NCBI GenBank assembly: GCA_965223905.1
Contig: CBDCXV010000002.1
Location: 1-64,000, forward strand
Reading direction: 5' to 3'
Length of the DNA: 64,000 nucleotides
From: Candidatus Latescibacterota bacterium
GTDB lineage: Bacteria; Latescibacterota; UBA2968; UBA8231
Positions 52,908-61,963 of the stretch are shown piece by piece. The notes under the pieces are model-generated. The model had not been told where the DNA came from, did not search any database, and saw nothing but the letters and a program-made list of their open reading frames with translations. The position numbers were made by a program, and so were the translations under genes. Each line of letters begins with the position of its first letter. Position 1 is the first letter of the stretch.

Positions 52908-53672
52908 GCGTCACCTCCGCGATTGGTTGTGATGTGATTCAGTTGCTGTGCTTTGACCTGCCCCCAAGTCTTCTCAGAGGGCTGGTCGCCGACGACCGTA
53001 GTGGAATCGAGCGCATGCTCCCACCTGTCGAAATGGGCGTCTCGAGACCGCTTATCCGTGCCATCCAGTTCCACCTCGTAGATGCCGCCCGAGGTGCCCG
53101 TCGCCCCGTCGCTCACCTGGGTGAAGGCGATTCGCCGGCTGTCGGACGACCAGGAAATGGCGCCGACCTGGATATTGTCCAGAATCTCCCGCACCTGCGT
53201 GCCCGCAGAATCGGCGACGAACAGGCCCGGCCCCCAGACGTCACCGAAGGCGATATGGCCGCCATCGGGCGACCACGCACCGTAGCTGGTGTCCTTCGAC
53301 AGGTACGTGCGGGAAGGGGAGTCCGTGGAGGATGATCCGGTAACCGTGTCGAGGTCGTCGAGGTCCAAGACCAGCAGCGTGTAGCATTCGTCGAAACAGT
53401 CGTTATACAGCAGTTTGCGGCCGTCCGGCGAGAAGGGAGAAGGCCATGCGTTGGCCAGACTGCCTTGTTTGGCGAGCAGCCGGAGATTGATGCCGTCCTT
53501 CTTTATCGAGTAGAGATCGAGCAGGTGGGCTATACTTCCAAGATCAAAGAAGATCGTCTCTCCATCGGGGTGCCATTTGGGATGTCCGGCCGCCACATTT
53601 ACAGAAATCGTTGCAGTATTAAGCAGCAGCGTTTCTTCCTCTGTCTCAAGATCCATCAAATACAGATTCCCA
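52904..53672 (-). pseudogene. 5'-truncated TolB-like paralog fused to the broken end of the upstream stalk
   Basis: Homology begins at GNLYLMDLETEEE (about 53670), directly after stalk sequence VATYT. Signal peptide and first blade are missing. Confidence 0.83.
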
Positions 53673-56585
53673 AGTATACGTGGCCACCACCCCCGAGCCC
53701 TTCTCGGCAAACGTGGTGTCGCTGACTCCCGACACCACCGACGCCTCGTTGACGTCGGTCACACTCACCCGCACCGACACCGTGGTGTCGGCCGCCGCGT
53801 CCGGGCGGCCGTCGCTGAGCGACACCGTCACCTCGTAGATCTTGTCGCCGTTCATGTCCCCCGGAGACTCGAAATCCGGCGGCGGCGCACGGAAAAAAAG
53901 CCGACCCGACGCATCCAGCCGCATCGTGTCCGCATCGGCGCCGCCCAGCGTCCACGTGAGCGGATCGTTGTCCGGGTCGGTGCCCGCATACGTGGCCACC
54001 GTGCCGGCGCCGTTCTCGGCAAACGATACCGCCGAAGGACCGCTCGTGATCTCCGGCGGACCGTTGGTCACCGGGGCCGGCGGCCGGACCGCAAGCGACC
54101 CATCCGGACTCGTCTCCACCATCGGCCAGGCCAACACCACCCGGCCATTCGAGGCCACCCCCCGAACCCGGAACCGGTAGCTTACCCCGTTGGTCAGGTC
54201 CGTAACCGTATACGAGGTCGTCGACGCCGTGCTGCCCGGTATCGGCTGCCACACTCCCCAATCCTCTCCGGCCTGCCGCTGCCGATACTGCCACCCGGTG
54301 ATGCGGGCATTGTTCGGGTCGTCCCAACGCAACGTCATCGACGCGTGACCGGGTACCGCCCGCAGGTTGCCCGGCTCTACCAAAGGCTTCGGTGGCGCCG
54401 ACACCGTGAAGGATTCGGCCAACGGACCCCCCGGCACCAGCGCCCGCACCTGGAACTCGTAGGTCTCCTCCGCCTCGAGACCCGAGACCGGGTGCGTCGT
54501 CGTCGTCGCGCCGGGGTCGCGCACGTTCTGCCAGAGCTCCCACGAGCCGCTGCCGGCCCGCTGACGGTACTGCCAAGTCCTGATAAACGGCTTGTTGGGG
54601 TCCGTCCAGCTCAACGCCACCGCGGTGGCGGTCGGTCGCTGCCAACGCAGCCCGTACACCGAAGCCGAGGCCGGCTCCAACTCCGTCACCCCGTCCGGAG
54701 GGACCAGACGCACCTTGAATTGGTAGGTCGCCTCGGGGTCCAGACCCGACACCCGGATATATGCCAGCACCTGCCGGGAAGCGGTCTGGTCGGCCGCCCC
54801 CGTACCGCCGGTAACCAAACCCTCGATCGGCGGCAGGTCCGTGTCGGTGAACTCGGCTTCCAGGGTCGCACCGGGCAGTATCCTTTCTATTTCCGACTGC
54901 AACAGGGCAACCCACTCGCTCGTCGTCACCCCCGCCGCCGTGGTTTCCGTAACCTCAATTTGAAAGTATTCATTCGGCACATCGCCGTCGGGCAGATCAA
55001 CATCGACCGGCAGGTCAAACCCCACCTCGAACTGCGCCTTGCCGTCGCCGCTGCGGGGCACCACCACAGGCGCCTGCGTAAGAACCGGCAAGGGGGACAG
55101 CACCACCTCCGGCTCGGCCCCCGTGTGGGTCCCGTAGCGGGGCCGCACCTGGAACCGGTACGTGCGCCAGATTTCCACCCCCTCCACCGAATGCGTGACC
55201 GTAGTCGCACCGCTACCGGTGATCCCCTCCCAGTCTTCCCAGGCCGCGGCGCCCGCCTTCTGCCGTGAGTCCCATCCGGTGATGCGGGAGTCGCCCGGAT
55301 CGTCCCAGGTCAGCTGCGCTTGGTTGTTCGCCAACAGATGAAGGCCGCCGAAAACCCATCGCGCCCGCAGGTTCTCCGGGGGCAGGGTAACCTGCGCCGC
55401 GGCGCCCTCTCCGACCTCGTTGACGGCGCGCACCTCGAAGGTGTACACGGTGCCGTTGGTCAGACCCGTGACCGTATGCTCCTCGAGGTCGGCCGCATCC
55501 GTGTCGGCGGGAAGGGAAATCGTTGTCCAGCCCGGAGACCAAGTAGTCCCCCCGTCCGTGCTCTGGCGATACTCATACCCGGTTAAGGGAGAACCGTTGT
55601 TCGACGGCGGCGTGTCCCAGGTCAAAAGCACCGCACGGTCGCGCGGGGCCGCCCGCAGGTTTTCCGGCGCCGACGGCGCCGAACCGCAGTTGGTCAGGGT
55701 AACCCCCGACGATAAAAGAAGGCCGCCGGTCTCCGCCTGCGCGCAATGCTTCGCGTCCCTCACCGTCACGTCGGTCAACCTCGCCACACCCAAGCTTTTT
55801 ACTTGAATCCCGTACCAGTCGTCATGAGACGGGTCGGTGGTGTTGGACGAACGGAAGGTGATGCCGCCCCCCACGGTCGTGAGGTTGCCCCTGACGATGA
55901 GCTCCGAGCGGGCCGGATCCTCGCCGCCCCCGGTCTCGTCGCTGTTGGCCGCAAAGCGAATCTCGGTATCGGCTGCGATGGTCAGGTCCATTCCGTCGGG
56001 AATCGTGACGTCGCCGGTGACCAGGATCGTGCCCGACCACTCGCTGTGGCCGACCAGCTCACCCGACCAGGGGGTGGGGTTGGTGGAGACGTGGAAGTTG
56101 TCGAGGAACAGGTGGTGGTTTTTAGGAGAACTGTAGCGGCCGCCGTAGTGGATGTCCGCCCAGGCTCGGTTGATCCCGATGGTATCGTGAGTCGTAAAAC
56201 GCAATCCACTTTTGCTTAACGCCAGATTTTTCTCCCCGTCGATCCAGACCTCGGTCAGGCCGTTGGACCGATTCGGATCGTTCATCTTGATGCGCTGCTC
56301 GATGCGATACCACTGGCCCATCTGATGGCGCGGCAGGGTGTCCCAGAGAACTATTCCCCTATCGTTAGAGGGAAAGTGTTCTCCCGTGCCGCAGTTGTGA
56401 ACCGGTGCGTTGCCGCACCTCTGGTCCAGGTGATAGATGTAGGAGATCGGGGACCATTCGTTCGGGGGATATTCTTCATCCCTTCCCGCCAGCATGCGCG
56501 CCGACCACCCCAGGGAATCCGGATCTTGAGGCCACATGCCGCCCGATCCGGAATTGTACGTGCCCGCCAAGCCAGGGATTTTTAC

Positions 56586-58141
56586 GGGTGTAGCCGCGTT
56601 TTTACGCAGCCATCGTGTAGGGTTGAGAGGTAGTCTTTTTAAGGTACCAGTTCCAGAAAGCCTCCCATCGTTTCGATTGCACGTGGACTCGTAGGTTGAG
56701 AATCTGCTGTCCTCCCTCGCGCCTCCAGCGCATGCCGCTGCGTTTGAGTCGATGGCCGACCAGGGTCTTGGCGGCTGCCTCCACGGGACCACTGGAGAGG
56801 ATCAAACCCAAAGCGTGATAGCCGGCGTAGTCCATTTTATCCCGGTTGTTGCGGAAGTAGCCCAGTTCGGTGGTCGCCTGACGATGGCGTGGTGATCCTT
56901 TTGGGAGTTGGCGCCGATGGTAGGCCAGGGAACGGATCAGGCCCTGAACGGCACCCGGCTCATGGCGCAGTTTGTGGCGCCATCGTCGATACCAGCGATC
57001 GGCCTTTCCCGAGCGCTTGCCGAAGAGGTGCTCGGCGGCCTTCGACAGGTGCTGGGCGGCGTGGTAGAAGTCGAGAATGCGGGTGAAGCCGTCGAACACC
57101 CTGAGCCCATCCACGGTACGCCAGATCTCGCGCTTGCCGTCGGCCAACACCACCCGGTGCTCGTAGCTCCCCTGCTGCAGGGCCCGTCCCGTCTGGTCCA
57201 CCAGGCCGTTGACCAAAGTTTCCATTTTCGCCTCCGGCATGCGCGCGGCATAGCGCACGTCGACGCGTTGGGGCTCTTCCCTGTCGGGATCCAGCGGCGT
57301 CAGGTAGGTGGCGATCCTGCCCACCCCCGCCTCTTTCCAGGCCGTGGGGGCGCTGTCGGTTTCGCTGTCCATCGGTCGTTCGGCGGGCCGTCCGCGCTTG
57401 GGTGCCGGTTCCCGCAGGGGCACGGTAACTCCGTCCCAACTGACCACCAGGGTGTCGCCTTCGGGATCCAGTGGCGCCGCTGCTTGCAAGGCCAGCTCGA
57501 GTTGTTCGGCGTGATCCTCCGCATACTGCCCTACAGTCGTCAACAGGTATTGAATGGCGGTGCGCGAGGGCGGCTCGGGCAGCAGCTCCCCCAAGCAGTC
57601 CCGGACCTCGGCAGGGACCATGCCGGCGCCCAGAAACGCCGTCAGGCGCTCCAGTTCCGGCACCATGAATCGCTTGACCATGCCGCAGCGCTCATCCAAA
57701 GGCACCCGGCTCGGTCCGCCGCGATCGCGTTGGTATAGCCGACGCGCCACCACAACCTTGCCCCACAGGGTCATCCACTCCTTGTCGACCACCTGCTTGA
57801 ATCGGTACAGCTTCCCGTGGTGTACCACGGTGTCGTCGCCCATTTCACAAGCTTGAGCCAAGCGTTGGAAGCCGCTTCGACCGATGTCGTCCAAACACGA
57901 ACGAAACTCCCCCAGCATCTGGCGAAAGGCATCCGGTCCTGCTTGCCCGGACTGCAGGCGATGTTCCCACTGCCGGACATTTTCCTGCAGGTTGGTCAGG
58001 CGAGCGCTCAAATCGTGCGTATCTTCCATCTGGGACCCCTTTCCGGTTTTTGGGCTAAGTCGTTACCCCCAAAAGTACAACTCGTACCCGGACTTGGGGT
58101 CCCACTCTTGTTAAGAAATGCGTAAAATGGAGGCTACACCC
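56586..58141 (-). mobile_element. Complete insertion sequence, ISKra4/ISLre2-type (IS256-related), 1556 bp
   Basis: 23-bp terminal inverted repeats GGGTGTAGCCGCGTTTTTACGCA / GGGTGTAGCCTCCATTTTACGCA (20/23 identical); 8-bp direct repeat ATTTTTAC at 56578-56585 and 58142-58149. Confidence 0.93.
56602..58029 (-). CDS. DDE transposase (UPF0236/ISKra4-like), 475 aa
   Basis: VSWDG, LADG, LDFYHAAQHL and SGPVEAAAKTLVGHRLKRSGMRW motifs; the stop codon lies inside the inverted repeat. Confidence 0.93.
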   Translation of the reverse strand: MEDTHDLSARLTNLQENVRQWEHRLQSGQAGPDAFRQMLGEFRSCLDDIGRSGFQRLAQACEMGDDTVVHHGKLYRFKQVVDKEWMTLWGKVVVARRLYQRDRGGPSRVPLDERCGMVKRFMVPELERLTAFLGAGMVPAEVRDCLGELLPEPPSRTAIQYLLTTVGQYAEDHAEQLELALQAAAPLDPEGDTLVVSWDGVTVPLREPAPKRGRPAERPMDSETDSAPTAWKEAGVGRIATYLTPLDPDREEPQRVDVRYAARMPEAKMETLVNGLVDQTGRALQQGSYEHRVVLADGKREIWRTVDGLRVFDGFTRILDFYHAAQHLSKAAEHLFGKRSGKADRWYRRWRHKLRHEPGAVQGLIRSLAYHRRQLPKGSPRHRQATTELGYFRNNRDKMDYAGYHALGLILSSGPVEAAAKTLVGHRLKRSGMRWRREGGQQILNLRVHVQSKRWEAFWNWYLKKTTSQPYTMAA

Positions 58142-58667
58142 ATTTTTACTACTTGGGGTATATCTATTTCACCATCGTTAGTAAAATCCCAATCTGAACC
58201 CAGTTTTATGTGGTACCTGAGATACATCTCATCATTATCCGGAACATACGAATCGTAAATCGTGCGACCCTTATGGGTTTGGTGCACCGCTGGGTCGCCC
58301 CGGATAATTTTGCCACCCAGGTAGTAGCTGATGCTCCTTCCGTAATGTTCGTTCTCTTCAACCTTAACCTTCAAGATTCGGTCACCCGAGGAGGTTGTTT
58401 CAAGATGGACGCGCTGTTCCACTCCGAGGCCCACTCCGCCTCGAACGTCATTGAAAATGACGTGAGGCAGGGCTGGGGAGGGCGCCGTGGTAATCCTATT
58501 GTTGAAGTGCTGAGGCCACGTGCCCAGTGTCAAATCCTCGAAGTCCTGCTTGAAATAGGTCGTATCCTGTGCCAGGGCAGTTCCGCTCAGGCACAAGGCG
58601 GCGTACAGGATCGCTCTTTTCATCCCGGAAACCTTTCGGGTTTGGTGTTTAAGTTGGGTTGGAGTTT

Positions 58668-59582
58668 TTACCGCTGTTCGTTTTTGACCTGCCCCCAGGT
58701 CTTCTCAGAGGGCTGGTCGCCGACGACCGTCCCGGAATCGAGCGCATGCTCCCAAGCATCGAAATGGGCGTCTCGAGACCGCTTCCCCGTGCCATCCAGA
58801 CCCACCTCGTAGATGCCGCCCGACGCGCCCGTCACTTGGTCACGTTTTGTGGTGAAGGCGATCCGCTGGCTGTCGGACGACCAGGAAATGGCGCGACCGA
58901 CCTGGGCATCCTCCAAGACCTGCTGCACCTGCGCGCCGCGGGGATCGGCGACAAAAAGCCCCGGGCCCCGAGCATCGCCAAAAGCGATATAGCTACCATT
59001 GGGCGCCCAGGCACCGTAGCTCGTGCGCTCCGACAAGCGCGTCCGGTTACCGGTGTCGAGGTCCACGACTCGCAGGGCTTCACAATCGTCATGGCAGTCG
59101 GTATACAGCAACTTGCGACCGTCGGGAGAAAAAGGACCCGGCCAGGATAGGAAGTCGTACATTCCTCCACCCCCAACGACCAAACGAAAATTCGTTCCGG
59201 CTTTTTCTACTGCATAGATATCAGAAAGAAACACACTTACCATATTGAAAAAGGTGGTACTACCTCTGGGATGCCAGATGAGTCCGGTGATGGAGGCCGG
59301 ATTTTCTGGGTCATAATCCACCAGGATCTTCTCTTCCATTGTCTGGAGATCGAGCAGATACAATCTCTTGTTTCTGCTAAAGGCCACGTGTCGTTGATCC
59401 GGAGAAAGAGCCGGACGCCGGCCCTCGGTGAGCCGCTGTTCTCCGCTCCCGTCCAGGTTGCTTTTGTAGATCACCCCCCCTCTCCCATAAACTTTGATTC
59501 CCTGGTTCTCTTCCTCCTGGGCTCCGGCCGGCATTCCGCCGAAGCACATGACAGATGCGAGAAGTAGTACGAGCGCTTTCAT
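58668..59582 (-). CDS. TolB-like (PD40) beta-propeller partner protein with TWGQVK tail
   Basis: Signal peptide, SPD/WHP/SPDG/WAPNG/WSSDS repeats; 44 bp upstream of the lyase head start. Confidence 0.88.
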   Translation of the reverse strand: MKALVLLLASVMCFGGMPAGAQEEENQGIKVYGRGGVIYKSNLDGSGEQRLTEGRRPALSPDQRHVAFSRNKRLYLLDLQTMEEKILVDYDPENPASITGLIWHPRGSTTFFNMVSVFLSDIYAVEKAGTNFRLVVGGGGMYDFLSWPGPFSPDGRKLLYTDCHDDCEALRVVDLDTGNRTRLSERTSYGAWAPNGSYIAFGDARGPGLFVADPRGAQVQQVLEDAQVGRAISWSSDSQRIAFTTKRDQVTGASGGIYEVGLDGTGKRSRDAHFDAWEHALDSGTVVGDQPSEKTWGQVKNEQR

Positions 59583-60505
59583 GCGTCACCTCCGTTAATG
59601 ATGTGATTTAGTTGCTGTGCTTTGACCTGCCCCCAGGTCTTCTCAGAGGGCTGGTCGCCGACGACCGTCCCGGAATCGAGCGCATGCTCCCACCTGTCAA
59701 AATGGGCGTCTCGAGACCGCTTACCCGTGCCATCCAAGCCCACCTCGTAGATGTCGCCCGAGGCGCCCGTCGCTCCGCCGTCGCTCACTTGGGTGAAGGC
59801 AATCCGTTGGCTGTCGGACGACCAGGAGAGGGCGTCGACCTGGACATCTGCCAGGACCTGCCGCACTTGCGCGCCACCAGGATCGGCGACAAAAAGCCCC
59901 GGGCCCCGGGCATCGCCAAAGGCGATATGGCGACCATTGGGCGCCCAGGCACCGTAGCTCGTGCGCCCCGACAATTCCGTCCGGTTACCGGTGTCGAGGT
60001 CAACGACTCGCAGGGATTCGCAGTCGTCATGGCAGTTGGTATACAGCAAATGGCCACCGTCGGGAGAAAAAGGACCCGGCCAGGATAGGAAGTCGTAATA
60101 CCCTCCACCGGGTACGACCAAACGAAGGTTTGTGCCGTCCTTTTCTATTGCATAGATGTCAGAAAGAAACACACCTGTCCTATTGAAAAAGATGGTGCTA
60201 CCTCTGGGATGCCATACGGGTTCGACGGCGGGCCGACCCGTATCAATCTCCACCAGGATCTTCTCTTTCATTGTCTGGAGATCAAACAGGTACAAACTCT
60301 TGTTTCTGGTGAAGGCCACGTGTCTTTGATCCGGGGATAGGTCAGGCCCCCAGCCCTCGACGAGGCGCTGTTCTCCGCTCCCGTCCAGATTGCTTTTGTA
60401 GATCACCCCCTCTTCAAGGTTTACATAGACCTTAATTCCCTCCTCCTGGGCTCCGGCCGGCATTCCGCCGAAGCAGTAAAGGGCAAGTAGTAGAAGCGCT
60501 TTCAT
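59579..60505 (-). CDS. TolB-like (PD40) beta-propeller partner protein
   Basis: Paralog of its neighbours; ATGA-coupled to the next gene. Confidence 0.88.
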   Translation of the reverse strand: MKALLLLALYCFGGMPAGAQEEGIKVYVNLEEGVIYKSNLDGSGEQRLVEGWGPDLSPDQRHVAFTRNKSLYLFDLQTMKEKILVEIDTGRPAVEPVWHPRGSTIFFNRTGVFLSDIYAIEKDGTNLRLVVPGGGYYDFLSWPGPFSPDGGHLLYTNCHDDCESLRVVDLDTGNRTELSGRTSYGAWAPNGRHIAFGDARGPGLFVADPGGAQVRQVLADVQVDALSWSSDSQRIAFTQVSDGGATGASGDIYEVGLDGTGKRSRDAHFDRWEHALDSGTVVGDQPSEKTWGQVKAQQLNHIINGGDA

Positions 60506-60536
60506 GCGTCACCTCCGTGATTGGTTATGCTGTGAT

Positions 60537-61460
60537 TTATAGTTCCTGTGCTTTGACCTGCCCCCAGGTCTTCTCAGAGGGCTGGTCGCCGACGACCGTC
60601 CCGGAATCGAGCGCATGCTCCCAAGCATCGAAATGGGCGTCTCGAGACCGCTTCCCTGTGCCATCCAGACCCACCTCGTAGATGCCGCCCGACGCGCCCG
60701 TCACTTGGTCACGTTTTGTGGTGAAGGCGATCCGCTGGCTGTCGGACGACCAGGAAATGGCGCGACCGACCTGGGCATCCTCCAGGACCGTCTGCACCTG
60801 CGCGCCGCCGGGATCGGCGACATAAAGCCCCGGCCCCCGGGCATCGCCAAAGGCGATATGGCGACCATTGGGCGCCCAGGCACCGTAGCTCGTGCGCCCC
60901 GACAATTCCGTCCGGTTACCGGTGTCGAGGTCAACGACTCGCAGGGATTCGCAGTCGTCATGGCAGTCGGTATACAACAACTTGCGACCGTCGGGAGAAA
61001 AAGGACCTGGCCAGGATAGGAAGTCGTACATTCCTCCACCCTTAACAACCAAACGGAAGTTCGTACCGTCCTTTTCTATCGCATAGATATCAGAAAGAAA
61101 AACATTTTCCATATTGAAAAAGATGGTGGTTCTGCTACCATCGGGATGCCAGAGAGGAGCAACGGCAAATGCATTTATTGTATCTGGGTCATGCTCCACC
61201 AGGATCATTTCTCCCATTGTCTGGAGATCAAGCAGGTACAAATTCCCATATCTGGTAAAGGCCACATGCCTCTGATCCTGGGAAAGGGCCGGAGCATAGC
61301 CTTCGGTGAGCTTCTGTTCCCCGGTCCCGTCCAGGTTGCTTTTATAGATCACCCCCTCCTTAGTTCCATAGACCTTGATTCCCTGGTTCTCTTCCTGGGC
61401 TCCGGCCGGCATTCCGCCGAAGCAGTAAAACGATGCGAGAAGTAGTACGAGCGCTTTCAT
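60537..61460 (-). CDS. TolB-like (PD40) beta-propeller partner protein
   Basis: Paralog of its neighbours; ends EKTWGQVKAQEL. Confidence 0.88.
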   Translation of the reverse strand: MKALVLLLASFYCFGGMPAGAQEENQGIKVYGTKEGVIYKSNLDGTGEQKLTEGYAPALSQDQRHVAFTRYGNLYLLDLQTMGEMILVEHDPDTINAFAVAPLWHPDGSRTTIFFNMENVFLSDIYAIEKDGTNFRLVVKGGGMYDFLSWPGPFSPDGRKLLYTDCHDDCESLRVVDLDTGNRTELSGRTSYGAWAPNGRHIAFGDARGPGLYVADPGGAQVQTVLEDAQVGRAISWSSDSQRIAFTTKRDQVTGASGGIYEVGLDGTGKRSRDAHFDAWEHALDSGTVVGDQPSEKTWGQVKAQEL

Positions 61461-61734
61461 GCGTCACCTCCGTGATTGGTTATGATGTGATTTAGTTGCT
61501 GTGCTTTGACCTGCCCCCAAGTCTTCTCGACGATGGCCGTCCCGGAATCGAGCGCATGCTCCCAAGCGTCGAAATGGGCGTCTCGAGACCGCTTACCGTG
61601 CCATCCGGACCCACTTCGTAGATGCCGCCCGAGGTGCCCGTCGCCCCGTGGCTCACCTGGGTGAAGGCGATTCGCCGGCTGTCAAACGACTAGGAGAGGG
61701 CGCCAACCTGGACATCCTCCAGGATTTGCCGCAC
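61457..61734 (-). pseudogene. Decayed 3' fragment of a TolB-like paralog
   Basis: VRQILEDVQVGALS*SFDSRRIAFTQV...GT(frameshift)KRSRDAHFDAWEHALDSG...EKTWGQVKAQQLNHIITNHGGDA; has an internal TAG, a frameshift and a small deletion. Confidence 0.85.
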
Positions 61735-61946
61735 CACCATATTTTGTCCGCCGAGGTAGCCCCCATGATGCCCACGGGTTCCGGTTTCTGTACCTTGATG
61801 TCTCCCCACTTTCCTCCGGTCTCCTCGGTCAAGATCAGGATGGGCGAAAACATTTTGGCCAATCGGTCCTCATCCGTTTCTACTTGGGCCTCGGCTGCAA
61901 GGAGGGCAGCCAACATGGTAAGTACTGCACGGAAAATCAGGGACAT
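61735..61946 (-). pseudogene. About 70-codon stub of a fifth Vps62/NPP1-like head gene
   Basis: RBS AAAGGAG; MSLIFRAVLTMLAALLAAEAQVETDEDRLAKMFSPILILT...KPEPVGIMGA matches the first motifs of the four intact heads, then runs into the TolB-like remnant. Confidence 0.82.
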
Positions 61947-61963
61947 ATCAAATCTTTTCTCCT

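Larger units (their letters stand above)
53646..58623 (-). pseudogene. Second PL14-like lyase head + neck + partial stalk, interrupted by an IS and C-terminally truncated
   Basis: 58111..58623 shares its N-terminus with 51914 (MKRAILYAALCLSGTALAQ). Removing the IS plus one target copy restores QVVK-IPGLAG, as in the paralog. Confidence 0.9.

Noticed and set aside
51960-61460. Naming the propeller genes tolB (Tol-Pal system)
   Set aside because: They lack the TolB N-terminal domain and any pal/tolQRA context; only the PD40-type repeats are shared.
46898-61497. Junction module as integron attC sites
   Set aside because: No GTTRRRY/RYYYAAC core or long imperfect palindrome, no integrase in the window, and the module is coding and contains the RBS.
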